This document shows positions 49,997 through 62,700 of a stretch of 64,000 nucleotides of DNA, piece by piece. Within the stretch, counting starts at the first letter, position 1. Each line of letters opens with the position of its first letter. A program made the position numbers and the translations under genes. Under the pieces are notes generated by a model. That model worked only from the letters and a program-made list of their open reading frames with translations, was not told the origin of the DNA and made no database searches. Source of the DNA: Mantamonas sphyraenae STR306 (taxonomy: Eukaryota > Protista > CRuMs); NCBI GenBank assembly GCA_026936335.1, contig JAPMXV010000025.1:186001-250000 (forward strand). Reading direction: 5' to 3'.

Positions 49997-52900
49997 TCAT
50001 CCCTCTTGAAACAACTCCTCTGTGGAAAAACGTTGGCGTAGGTCGTACAGGAGAGCCAGCAAGCTCCAGTCGGGCTCGGTGCTGACGGCGGCAGAGAACA
50101 TCTGCTTGACAGCTTGCAGCCTGTCCTCCCGCCGCTTGGCAGCCTTTGCCTTGATCTTGCTGGCCTTGGATCGGCCTCCGTGGCCTGAAGAAGAGGATAA
50201 CAGCGAGGAAGAGGAGGCACCATTCTGCACCTGGGCATTGGTGAGGCGGAGCAGCTCGCCGAGCAGATCCTGCAACTGGGACAGCAGCTGGGGAAACAGG
50301 GCCATCACTGCGTTGTGATGAGACGCAAGCAGCTGTTCATCCACATCCATGAGATCGGCAGCTCGCCAGAGGGTACGCACTGCCTCGGCAAGGGTGCCTG
50401 CGCGGTTGTTGCCTGCACCCACGTGAGGATTGGCTGCAACCAGGCGTGTGCGCAGAAGGACCACTTGCAAGAAGCCTGCGGGATGCACGTTGGGTTGCAA
50501 CGTCTGCTCAGCCGCCTCGAGCTCCTGCTGTGCCAAATCCATGCGTTCCTTGAACCGTGCGGCGGCAGTGGAGCCCAGCTTGCCCTGCAGCGGCGCCAAC
50601 CAGTCCACACTGTAGGAAACATACAGATTGGCTGCGTGCAGATGGGCATTCGCGGCCGCCAGCCGCAGCTCCGAGTCTTTGTACACATTCTGAGCACGGT
50701 GCAGCAAATCGGAAACTTTGGCCACCGCTTCCTCCACGGCCTCGAGGTATGCGTCCTTGTCAGCAAGTGCATCCATGGATGAAAGGCGCAACGAGGCTGC
50801 GGCAAGGGCTGATACCGCCCAGGAGACGAGAGAGCCAGCAAGCTGTTGCACAACCGAGCTGCGCACACTGGGATCGACCTCACGCGCGGCGGCCAGCAAC
50901 TCGTACGCCTCTTGACACTGTTCCACAGCACGCCCAAAGTAGGATTCTGTGGTGTCGTTGCTGGCTCCAGCGGTGGAGGCCATGGCCAGCATGACACGTC
51001 CGACGTTGCATTTAAGCAAAGCGGTGTTCGGATGGTCACCCACTGCATCAAAGGCTGCTTCGCCCAGTCGGAAGTATTCCAGGGCTTTGGTGATGCGCTG
51101 TTGGTGGAGGTAATGCTGGCCCAGGTCGTTGCGTGCGCTGCCCAGCTTGCGTTGCAGGATGACCCACTCCCCTTTGGCCCCTTCTGCATCAATGTACAAT
51201 TGTGCGTGCACATACGCACGTGCAGCCATCCCCAGTTTGTCCACTGTCTGTTGCTGCTGTTTCTGCTGTTGAACTTCCTCCCTCTCGCTTGCGTTGGAGC
51301 TGCTGCCGCTGCCGCCGCCCCCACCGCCCTCCACAATCCCGTGTTCGTTCATGCCCTCGTCCAGCATGGTCGGCCACGTGGCCAACACGTTCTCGTCCAT
51401 GGCATGGTTCTGTACACACGCTTCAAACTCCACCGCCACGTCCGCCGCATCCGCCTGTGCCGCTGCCATGCGGTACCAGATGTCGCCGTGCAACACCAGC
51501 AGGCACCCACGCAAGAAACGAAGGCGCGTCCGGGCCAGTTCCAGCTGCTGCTGCGCACTCTCTTCGCTTAGCACAAGAGCAGCCTCTTCTTCCGTGTCAT
51601 TGCTGCCGTCATTACCACTGCCTCCACTTTCTTCGTTGCTGCTGCTGCTGCTGCTGTTTGCCGTCCCGTCGTCCTGCGTCATCCGCAGACCGAGCTGTTG
51701 CCAAAAGAGTGCTTGTCCAAAGTGGTTATCGTTGAGCAAACGGCCTGCACGCTCAAAGCACGCACGCGCTGCCTTCTCGTGGAGGATGAGCAGGCGCAGG
51801 GGGCCCTGTGCGGGCAGATGCAGGACAGACAAGATGCGTAGACAGGCCAGCAGATGAGTGCATGCGTTGGCAATGTCTGTCAGGTCGTGCGGTGACCACA
51901 GATCGTCGATGTTGCTCTGGGTCGAAGGTGCCGTGTCCCACACGCCGCCATGCATAAAAGTGTTTGCCAGCTGCTCGTGCGCACTCGCCAGCACAAGTTC
52001 GCGCTCCTCTGGATCCCCGGCTGCACCATCTCCATTGCTGCTGCTGCTGTTGCCATTGTCGTCGTCGCCAATGGCCTCGAGTTGGGCCACACACTTTTGC
52101 AACAACGATCGTGCCTGGTGCAAGATCTCCGGATCGGCCTCCTCCAACGGAGTGTACGCCTGGCGTTGGTAGCGTCGCAGCAGCTTTGTGCCCACGCGAT
52201 AACACAGCATGGCCACGGGGTAAGCAAATGCAGTGGACGAGGCGTCACTCATGTCGTACAGCTGCAGCCGAGGCTTGCTGGACGACGAATCATCCCTGCC
52301 CAGCAAATACGTACCGGCCTGACGCGAACAGTTCTGACGCAGGAAATCCAACACCAAATGGGCTGCGTCAAGGATGGCCGGCGGATCAAAGTGAGCGTTG
52401 CCCATGCCGTCGTAGGGCAGGTCGTCGGTTTGGAGCAGGTCGTACCCTTGCACGATGCCCTTGCGATGGAAACAGACCACCAGCTCAGGGGTGTTGGTCA
52501 ACACATTGTCCAGCCAGTATTCCAGGCGACGTGCCGAGCTCAGTGGCTGTTCTGCGTCCTGCAATCGCAGCGACACCGCGGGATGTTCCGGACTTTCAAA
52601 CACCAGCAGGTCCGATCCCACCAGAATATCGTAGTCGGCAAACGTTGCCTCGTACGCTGTGCTGAACTGTTTGGTCGGGTTGGGCGGTTGTACAAACACG
52701 GCGTTGGCATTGTTGGCCGGCGCAAACCGCTCCTGCGACGCGTCGACGTCGGAATCGATGCTCTGTGTTCGCTGGTTGCTTGCCTTGTGACGACGGCTGC
52801 TGCTTCCACCGCTGTTCCTGTTGCTATTGCTACGTGCGCCTGTGCCTGTTGAAGTCGATCCTGCGCCCTCGCCTTCGCCCTGTTCGCCCCCTTTGTTCAC

Positions 52901-53440
52901 GGAGTGATAAAGGAATTTCGAGTAGAGATCGCGTTCCGCCACGCTCGACCCCTTGACACGCTTGGGTCCGTTGGAGGTTTGCAGCTCGTCGAGGACAAGT
53001 GTGTCGCCGATTTTGTGGACAAGAATAGCCGTGCCGGAACTCTGTGTGCCCAAAGGCAGGCGGAAGAGCGACTTGAGAGTGTCGGCGGAACCCATGAAAT
53101 GGTACTGCTTGTCAGCCGCACTAAGGTCGGCCAGTGCAGCACTGTCCAGTTCCACAGCAGCAGCCTTGTGGGATGTGTGTGACCCGGCTGTGCTGGACTG
53201 AAGCAGTGGACGTGTCTCTTCCGTCTCCAGCAGCCAGTTCGGGGGTGCTTTGTTGAGATTTGTTTCCGGCTGCAGCTGCCCGAACCCAGGCCGTGCCGTT
53301 TCCGTGATGGCCGACGTCGTAGGCGGGCCAAGGATGATGGGCGATTTCGAAGAGCGCTTCTTCACGTTTGCTGTGCTCAGATCCGGCAGAGCCAACGATG
53401 CCGTCAGGTTGGGCGAGGCTTTCGCAGAAAATCCGGTGCC

Positions 53441-53476
<36 letters not shown>

Positions 53477-53563
53477 TGAGGATGAGCCTAGGATCCACGC
53501 TGTCGACGTTGATGATGATGTGGTTGGTGATGATGATGATAGGGACTGCTTCGAGGCAGACAT
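49997..53563 (-). CDS. EDRF1: Erythroid differentiation-related factor 1 homologue with C-terminal TPR-like helices
   Basis: LNKAPPNWL, VHKIGDTLVLD, LVGSDLLVF, EYWLDNVLTNTPELVVCFHRKGIVQGY and FLRQNC...GTYLL. Confidence 0.85.
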
Positions 53564-53893
53564 TGCCGGGAGTGAAGGGTGGTCTCGATGATTTGGTCCA
53601 GAAGGTGCGGTCGGCGATGGAGCGTTTTCAAGGGTGTGGTGCCTCCCAGGAGGCTGAGCAAAGGTGGAATGCAGTTGAATGGATTGGGTTGAAGGGATAG
53701 GTTTGGGGTCTGCTGGTTTGCTGGATGCAGAGAAGAGCGCAACTCAGCCTCAGAAGAGCTCCAGCAAAAATACAGTTCACGATCCTCTTGGTTCTTGAAA
53801 ATGACTCCATTGCAATGCCCTGTGTGTCTGACTTGTTTGTTCCCCTCCCCAAACCAACACACAGCACACGCACACAATCTCTCAGGTCGTTGG

Positions 53894-56098
53894 TCAATCG
53901 TCCTCGTCGGCGCCTGCAATCTGGTCCTTGGCAGCACGAATGGTCTCTGCGGTGCAAAACAGCTTGGAAATTTGTGTGCTCAGCGTGTAAAACAGTTCGC
54001 GGTGACCCTCGGCAACAAGGCTGCGGCCGATGGGGTCGAAGCGCTCCTGAATGAGCTCGGTGATGTAGGGCAGCTCCTCCTGCTTGATCTCGTCCACGGT
54101 GACCATGGGCTCGACCTCCACCTCCTGAATGTCGGCAAAGGCGTCGAACCAGGTCTGGATGTAGTCCATGTTGGTTTCGATAAATTGGTTGACGTCCTTC
54201 ATGTACGCCTCCTTTTGGCCAAACATGACGCCGTTGCTGAGATTCTGCAGGGCCTTGGCAATGAGGATGAGCGCCCTTCGCGCCTCCTTGCCAATGGTGA
54301 CGCCCTTCTCCACGACATCCTGTGCGTCAGGCGACATGATGGCTGGGCAGAAGAAGCGCAAAAAGACAAAGCCGCCCACCGCGCTGCTCTTGCTGTCGGG
54401 GAACTTTTGGGAGCATTCCTTCTGCAGGTGGTTTGCCAGAACACGCAGGGGCGGCGGGCAGTCGGGCAGCGAGTTGGCAATGGCGTTGAACACCTCTTGG
54501 GTTTTGTCTAGGAGCCGGTTCATGTTGTCGGTGACATCCTCTCCCTCGGGCACACGGTTGGGGTCCACCTCGTAGCCCATGGGATTCTCCACAAGGTCCA
54601 TAATCAGGCCGCGCAGCACGTGGTTGAGGTACGGCTGGCCGATCATCTTTGTGTACGCGGTCATCAGCTTGGTGGCTGTGGTGTTGCCACGAAACAGCGT
54701 GGTCTCCTGACTGGTGGAGCCCACCTCGGTGCTGATGCCAGCCTTGATGAGAGGCAGGGTCTGTCCGTAGGCCTCAAAGACGCGCAGGATGCTGAGCAGC
54801 ATCCCCTTTGCTTCCTCTTGCGACGAGGCCCCAATCATGGCTGTGACAATGTAGAGATCGGGAGCAGCCAGGATGGAAACAAACTCCTGATACTTGTTCT
54901 CTTCGACCTGGACCTCGTAGGCCTGCAGTTCGGCGTCGCGGCGGACAATGTCCTGGTCAAAGTGGAGTTTGCGGTCAACCGAGTACATCTGTAGCTTCTG
55001 GCAGTAGGGCTGGAGCTGGTAGAGGGAGGCTGTAGCCTGTGCGGTGTGGTAGGTGGTGGCGTCCATGTAGGCGCGGAAATTGTCGACGAGTTCAAACTCG
55101 CACTTTTCCTCAATGTCGCTCAGCTGGTAGCTGACGTCCTGCTTGAGCGACTCGTATGTGGCCATGGTGTTCTGCAGCTGCTTGTCCACAGCCAGGTACT
55201 TGACCGGGTCCAGCTTTTCGTCCGACTTTTTCGCCAGCGAGGCCAGTTGGGAGCGGGTTGCGTCGTACTCGACGCGGGCTTTGTAGTACTTGCTCTTGGT
55301 CTCGCGCATCTCGCCAATTTCGGCATCAATGAAGGCCTTGGTGGGCACGACGAGCATGTCGTCCATGGCCGTGATCTGTGTGCAGGGTGCGTGGATGGGT
55401 GTGTGAGGGGATGGGGCCGAGGGTAAAAACGGGGGCTGCTCTGCAAAGCTCTCCTAACCCACCAGTTCCTGCCGCATGTTCTCCAGGCCGCGTTGCATCT
55501 CTGCAAACTTGTGCAGGGCTTGCACTGTGGGAAATACCGACCGCGGTGCAATGGGGGCGGGGGCGTCAGTGGATGTGGCCCAAGGGTTGGGACGCTGGGC
55601 GAGGCGAGTGAGGAAAGAGAGGGTCGAAATGGGCAACCTGCTGCCAAGCAAAACGCACCCAGATTATCGCCTGGTTCGAGGTCGTTGGCAAGGACATCAA
55701 AGGAGTCTGCGACGGCCGTGCCTGTGCCAATGGTGGCTGTGGAGTGGGGTGGAGTGGGGAGGAGGTAAGCGAGGGGGCGGGGAATGGCGACGTGAGCAGG
55801 AGTAGACGGCAGAAGCAGTGACAACCACTGCTGCCAAAGCCCAAGGGCTCAGAGCTGTGTTGAGGCCCATTGAGGGGCGGGAGGGGGGGAAGAGGAGGGG
55901 GGGGGGGAACGCACCTTGTAGGCTGCGCTTGTGTTTGTCGACTGCCTTGAGGACGTCGTCGAGATTCTTGCGCAGGTTTTTGGCCTTCTTCTTCTTGTCG
56001 ACAAACTGATCATCCTCCTCGGTCTTGTCGCCCGCACCAATGGACTCCTTAAAGGCCTGTTTGGTGACCTGGAGCTTCTTGCGGAAGCGCAGGGACAT
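53894..56098 (-). CDS. BAR-like domain + RasGAP protein (multi-exon)
   Basis: N-terminal MSLRFRKKLQVTKQAFKESIGAGDKTEEDDQF (N-BAR-like start) and YYKARVEYDA; RasGAP motifs TLFRGN, FLRFFCPAI and AKALQNLSNG. Confidence 0.8.
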
Positions 56099-56302
56099 GG
56101 ATGGACGGCGGTGCTCTTCAGGGGCAAGGTTGGTTGCACACGCGCGCCGATGTCGATGGTGAGGAGCCAGGATGGGGGACAGCAAAGGCAAGGGGACAAC
56201 CATGGAGATTGGGGGTGTGGACGGGCAATGGGAGGCAGGGTTGACTGCACAACAGGGAGGTGGGAATTGATCGCCAGCGTTGGCAAAACAAAACCAAGAG
56301 CA

Positions 56303-58257
56303 ATGTTTGCGCGAGCAGGACAATCTGGACGTGTGGGGATGAAACAGGCGTGGGAAAGGATGGCCGGGGCCGGGGCCGGGGCAACGATGCACACGAGTGC
56401 AGTGGGGCTGCAGAACGCACCTGCACAGTTCTCGTCGGACGAGGACGCAGCGATTCGAGTGCGTCACAAGCAGAACAAGCCGTACGCAGTTCGTGCGATG
56501 GGCTCGAACCTCATCAACGACCCGCTGTCGAACAAAGGCACGGGATTTCCGCTGGCAGAGCGAGGTGGGTGTGGGCGCGCGGGTGTTTTGGAAGGAAGGA
56601 AGGGCGGGGTGTGGGAGGGCCATGCAATTGGAAAACGGGCTGAAATGGACTGACACGACGTGTGGACACACACACAGACCGTGTGGGCATTCGCGGATTG
56701 GTGCCTCCTGTGGTGTTTGACATCAATCAGCAGGTGGCACGCATGCTGAACGCGTTCCGGAGCTTCTCAAGCGACCTGGACCGGTACATGTTCCTGCGTT
56801 CGCTGCAAGACCGCAACGAAGTGCTGTTCTACCGCTTGCTGACGGAGAACATCGAGGAGATGGCACCGGTTGTGTACACGCCGACCGTGGGAGTGGTGTG
56901 CCAGAAGTTTGGCGAGTTGTTTCGCCGCACGCGCGGGATGTACTTTTCGTCGTACGACAAGGGGGAGATGGCCTCGATGGTGTACAACTGGCCCAAGAAG
57001 AATGTGGACATTGTGGTGGTGACGGACGGCTCGCGCATTCTGGGTCTGGGTGACCTGGGAGTGAACGGGATGGGCATTCCCATCGGCAAGCTGTCCCTGT
57101 ACGTGGCAGCGGCAGGCATCCACCCTGCGCGTGTGCTGCCCGTGCTACTGGACGTGGGCACAAACAACGAAAAGCTGCGTGCGGATCCGACGTACTTTGG
57201 AGTGCCTCACAAGCGGCTGCGGGGCGAGCCGTACTACGAGATCGTCGACGAGATGATCCAGGCGCTGAACAACCGCTACCCGGACGCCATGATCCAGTTT
57301 GAGGACTTTAGCAACGAGAACGCACGCCCACTGCTGGACAAATACCGGGACGACTTTCTGGTGTTCAACGACGACATCCAGGGCACAGGTACGGTGGCAC
57401 TTGCAGGACTGCTGAGTGCGATGCGTGCGCAGGGGCTGCCGAACAACTCGATTACGTCACAAAAGGTGGTGTGTCTGGGAGCAGGCAGTGCGGGACTGGG
57501 AGTGTCGGACTCGATTGTGAGCGGTATGGTGGAGGAGGGCATGAGCAAGGAGGCTGCGTACGATAACTTTTACCTGCTGGACGTGGACGGTCTGCTGACG
57601 GACAAGCGCACCAACCTTACCAAGCCGCAGCGACACTATGCGCGTGCGGACCTGGAGGAGGGGATGGACCTGTTGGATGTGGTGCGTGAAGCCAAGCCGA
57701 ATGTGCTGCTGGGTCTGAGCGGAGTGGGGGGTGCGTTTACGGAGGAGGTGGTGCGTGAGATGTCCAAGCATGTGGAACGGCCCATCATCTTTCCCATGTC
57801 CAACCCGACTGTGAATGCAGAGTGCACGGCGGAGCAGGCGTACAAGTGGTCGGACGGACGGGCCATTGTGGCCACAGGGTCTCCGTTTGGGCCGGTGGAG
57901 GTGAACGGAGAGACACGCTTCACCTCGCAGGGCAACAACATGTTTGTGTTCCCCGGGCTGGGGTTGGGCACGATTGTGACGCGTGCAAGCAAGGTGACGG
58001 ACACAATGCTGTATGCAGCCACGTGTGCGGTGGCCGGTGCGGTGTCACCCGAGGAGCTGAGTCGGGGCTTTGTGTATCCGTCGGTGTCACGCATTCGCGA
58101 GGTGAGCAAGGAGGTGGCACTGGCCGTTGCACAGGCTGTGTTGGACGAGGGCCTGAGCAAGCTCGACGCCCCGCCCACGTACTCGCAGCTGCCGCAGCTG
58201 ATCGAAGACAACATGTACTATCCCAGCTACAGCCCATTTGTGGTCAAGCAATTCTGA
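56303..58257 (+). CDS. NAD(P)-dependent malic enzyme, probably mitochondrial (2 exons, intron ~56563-56677)
   Basis: NDPLSNKGTGF, VYTPTVG, TDGSRILGLGDLG, QFEDF, FNDDIQGTG, GAGSAG, MSNPT and QGNN. Confidence 0.95.
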
Positions 58258-58318
58258 AGCAGTGAAGCAGTGGTGGAGTGAGAGGAAGAGAGCATTTGGA
58301 AAACAAGTGTTGAATCGT

Positions 58319-59522
58319 TTACTTGGCGCCCACCTTGATGCCCATGCGGCGGCAGCAGATGTAGAGGGCGATGGGGAGGACGATGAGCAGGGTCCAGAAG
58401 GTGAAGAAAGTGAAAGGGTTGTCGCCGAGGAAGTCCCAGCCAGAGACACCGCCGATGATGGAGACCATGGTGTTGCCGTTGGAGGCAGCGTAGCGGTAGC
58501 CCTCACGCGGGCACTTGGCCGTCTTGGGGGACACAAAGCGGCAGGTGTTCTCCACACAAGCACCGTGCCAGATGATGGTGAACTGCGGGGTGGCGGCGGC
58601 GTCGTAAACGTACTCGCCGCAGAAGAGGTTCTCGTTCTCGTCCTTCCTGAGGTTGAGGGGAGTCACGTCCTTGCTGCATGCCTTGTTCAGGCGGCTGTTG
58701 TCCGGGGCCTGGCATGTGCCGTACTTGGACTGCACACGCGGGGCGGGCAACGAGGCGTGGGGCAGGTGTGTGTGAAAGGGCGGCGGGAGGAATTATTTAC
58801 GTGTGTGAGCGAGCAAAGCTTGGGGGCGGGGAAAACGCAAAACGGGCGACGTAGAGTGCGCATGAAGGGAAACACGGACGGGAATGGGGAGAGGGATGTG
58901 GTACGGGGGAGGCGATGAGAGGTGCGGGGCATGGGATGACGGGCACGGTGGGGATGGCGCGGGGCGGGCTTGGGAGAGCGCGGGTCCGGGAGGGGGGCTG
59001 CGCGCGGTTTCAACGGCTACAACACGGTTGGGCGGCCGTGGAAGAGGAAGGAGGAAATGGAGGGTGTGGATGACGAGTGGATGGCCATGTTGAATGGTGT
59101 GGCTAGACACTTACATCACCCTTGACGTTGTAGCAGATCTGGTTCATGGGGCAGTCGCACTCGGGGCCGTCGTTGTTGCTGGTCCTTGTCGGGTCGCAGA
59201 CGAAGCAGCCCTTGTCCGTTGCGTTCTTTGCCTTGGAGTAGTCAACTGCAGGGCGATTCGGACGAGGGCGCAGCAGATGCAGATGCAGACGTGTGTGCGT
59301 CGATGGCGAGGGTGGCAGGGTGTGAGCTGGGTGTTTAGGGTGCAAGGAAACCGGGTTGCACAAAATCGTTGCGCGCGGGCTGGGTTGGGGCTGGGAAAAC
59401 GCACCGATGCAGTAGCCTGCGTTGGAGTTGGTTGCAGCGCAGTCGTTGGCCTTCTTGCATGTGGTGGCGGCAGTGGCCATGGCAACAATGGCCAGGATGG
59501 TGAGAATCACAGCAGTTCGCAT
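58319..59522 (-). CDS. Small cysteine-rich type I membrane protein (3 exons), family unknown
   Basis: Signal peptide MRTAVILTILAIVAMATA, multiple Cys, GT-AG introns after YCI and VKGD, TM helix FTFFTFWTLLIVLPIALYI followed by CCRR. Confidence 0.75.
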
Positions 59523-59544
59523 TGGAGTGGGTTTTTTTGGTTGT

Positions 59545-59666
59545 GGCGGCGGGTGCAGGCCTTTGCGACCGACCGTGAACACTGCTGTGCTTTGTTGAAA
59601 AACAATAAAAATCCATCCTTTCGATGGTAGTCGGTCGCAAATCCCTGCCGTCACCCGCCCGTCGCC
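59545..59666 (-). ncRNA. Putative structured RNA (candidate Fanzor omegaRNA scaffold)
   Basis: Perfect 12-bp inverted repeat TTTGCGACCGAC (59562-59573) / GTCGGTCGCAAA (59630-59641), extended by GCAGG/CCTGC and GGCGGGT/ACCCGCC, enclosing three small hairpins. It begins ~50 nt after the Fanzor stop codon. Confidence 0.5.
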
Positions 59667-59675
59667 CCGCCCGCC

Positions 59676-59681
59676 TTTATT
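59676..59681 (-). terminator. Possible polyadenylation signal AATAAA of the Fanzor mRNA
   Basis: + strand TTTATT, ~35 nt downstream of the TAA stop at 59715-59717. Confidence 0.35.
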
Positions 59682-59714
59682 CTGTGTTGTTTTGTGCGAT
59701 TGTTCGATTCACTC

Positions 59715-62700
59715 TTACTTCTTGCGCAGTTGCGCCCGTTGCTTGCGCCACCTCCTCGATGACAGCTTTGTGTGAGTCTTCCTGTCCACGCCCGAGATGG
59801 CCAGCACCAACAGGGTGGCGATGGTCACCGCAGCGTCCGTATCCTTGTGCTGCGCCCATCGTTCGCAGCGTGCGCAGTCCCACCATCTTCGGCTACAGCC
59901 CCGCCTCGTGTACGATTTCGGGCTCAGGGTCACCTGGTGTCCACACTCGCGGCACAGAGCAGAGGTGTACGCCTCGCGTGTGACCACGAGCGTATGTGTA
60001 CGACTCAGGTGTCTCTTGACGTCCGCCAGAGGGACCCGCGCACTGAAGCCGCCGTTCCCAAAAGCAAGCAGGGAGCGCTGCTGGACCAGCCTGTCAATGT
60101 CCGAGATGGAGGCCGAGATGCCAGCAAGGTACCTGTTGCGGAGCTTGCGGTGTTCGTGATGATGCGCATCCACGAGGTTCCGGTGCGGCTTTTGCTGTGC
60201 AAACTCTTCCCGCTTTGCTTGGTTCAGTTCTTGCCATGTCGGGGTAGAAGAAGCAGATGATGATGGTGATGATGATGAGGAGGAGGAGGATGATCGTGCG
60301 TTGGATCGTAGCGTACGTCGGGAGGACGCCGCTGCTGCTGCTGCTCCTTTGCATCTTCTGACTGCTTCCGTGGCAGCCTGGGTCAGGACGTTCTGCTTCT
60401 TCCTGAGCTGACTGGTCCGCAGCATATGTCTGTAAGATGGTGTTGGCAATGGAAAGTAGATACCTGCGTCCACGTGCAGAACATTGTCGCGATCGAGTGT
60501 CGCTGACATCTTGTTGTGGTGAAAGACAGCGACGCAGCTGGTGCAGTCAACGTTGGGGTCCATCCCGATTACAGGTATACCAGCAGGCGTCCACAAATCG
60601 TTCTGCCCTAGTGTACGGGCCACTTGTTTGTCGGACTCGAGCAAGATTCCAGTGCGCTTGCCAGCAGAAGTTTGCGATGGCTTGCACTCCGCATCTAGGT
60701 GTTGCATGGCGGCTGTAAGGCTGCTCTCGTCGACACCAGACTCTTCAAACCACTGCTCCAGCTTGGGCATGGCCGCTGTGCCGTACGCTTGATAAAAGAG
60801 GCTCGCAAAATGCGAGACGTGGAACCACGATAGATCCCGCACTTTACCCTTCGCGTCGAACCCAACACGGACACATGCGACACGCAGTGCCTCGTCGACG
60901 TCTGATGCTGCCACGCAGCCCTGAGCACCATTCAGCTTGCGACGGGCTCCAACCGCCAGGCTATGAGGGGCGTAGACAGTTTGATAGATCGATCGGCCGT
61001 CGTTGCCACCGAGGGTGATCCCCTGCCCTCGAGTCTCCTGCCCTGTGTCTGAGTTCCAGAGCCCCGGTAGAACGAGCATGGTGACTGCGTTTACAAGGTC
61101 ACCCCGGTGGGCTGCCCATCCAGCTTCCGTTCTCATAATGCCGACATGTGTTCGCCCTTTGATCCTCTCCAGTGCACGCTGTGAACCTGGGCACAGAACA
61201 GCAGCGTGGTCCACAATAAGCTGGTTGAGCTGGCGAGCGAGCACGTGCGACTTTGCTCGCTCATCCCAGGGCAACGTCTCGATGATCGCGGTGGCAGCAG
61301 CAGCTGCTGCTGCTGCTGCTTCGCCTCCCCTCGTACTCAAGTGCTTCAGAAAGTTGTACGCGACCCGAAACAGCTTAAACTTTAGATCGTACCCCGATAC
61401 CGAAACCGTACAGCGTGCAGTCGCGTGTGGGCGAGGTACAAGCTGGACAGCGTGGCCACATTGCTCAGCCTCCAATTTGAGCAGACAGATGTAGGACGCG
61501 ACACGGGCCAGGTTCTTCTCGTCCTCCTTTGCCTTTGAGAGCAAAGGCGAGCCAGCCACGACCTTGCTCACCTTGTCCTTCAGCGGCTGCAGTTGCGTCC
61601 TCCAGTCCATCTGCTGCTGCTGCGCAACCACATGCGCCTCTTCATCTTCATGGTCCTGGTCTTGGTCCTCATCTCGATCGTGCTCGTTATCCTGGTCCGC
61701 TTCCGGTTCTCCATCGTCGTCCACCTCCTCGACCTCCTCTGCTTTCACCCTCTTCTTCCATGCAGCGAGTGACATCCCCGACACGTATGCGCATGCCACC
61801 TCCGTCAGCTTCCGCGGGAGCTCCGGCACAGCATCGCATACCATTCTCTTCACCGATGACGTCCAGTGTCTGGTCGCAAGGTTCCACATGGTCCTCATCT
61901 GACGTGCAGCTGACCCCTCAGCCAGCAGATTCTCGAGTTGCTGACGCTGCTTCTCAAGCTCCAGGCCGTTGTAGTATGTACTCGCAATATGGGCGCACAA
62001 CACTCCGTACAAGAGCTCCCGTTCCTGCACGAAGCGACTGTGAGTGTCGACCAGGACTGCATCCAATTCGTGGCGTTGGCTCTCAGTCATCCTGCTGTCC
62101 GCTGCGTCCTGAATACTCCCACGTGCCACGGTTGTGGATTTTCCCGCCAGTCCCATCACTCGTTCCACGCCTCCCTGTCCACGGCCGTCATGCATGCCGT
62201 ACACGCCAGACAACGCCTGTTCCTCGGTCGGGCGGCTGTCGTTTAGCAGTGCTGCAACCTTCCGTCCAAGCTTGTAGAACGATTCACGCTCTGCTGTGCG
62301 CGCCTCGTCAATCTCATCCTCATCGTCCTCTTTGCTTGACTCCTGTACGTAGCAGACATCCTTGCCACAGAGCAGTTTGGCCAAACGGCCCTTCAAGTAG
62401 GTGCCCTTGGCCAACATCGAGTCACACAGTGTCTCCACCTCGTCGCTGTTGCTGCATGAATCAAGTCTTCCCGCCTCGACATCCGCGAGCAGCTCCTCTC
62501 TCTTCTGTTCCACTGCCTGCTCGAACTGCTGCATGTTGTCGTACCTTTTTGCCTTCTTCTTTGCCTTTTCAATCTCCTCCTGCAGCTCAGTCTGCCGTTC
62601 AATCGCGTTGTCGAGCGAGGCACGCTCCTGCGTCCCCAGCCGTATCCGTCCTTGAGCTGCAAACGCATCCACGATGTCCGACATCCTACCATCGTCGCTG

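Noticed and set aside
53440-53480. (GAC)n run, and similar (GGA)n, (TCC)n and (CA)n runs elsewhere
   Set aside because: Ordinary homopolymeric amino-acid tracts or intronic/UTR microsatellites.
59545-59666. tRNA gene
   Set aside because: Cloverleaf-like, but the stem lengths are wrong and there is no T-loop GTTC or D-loop consensus.
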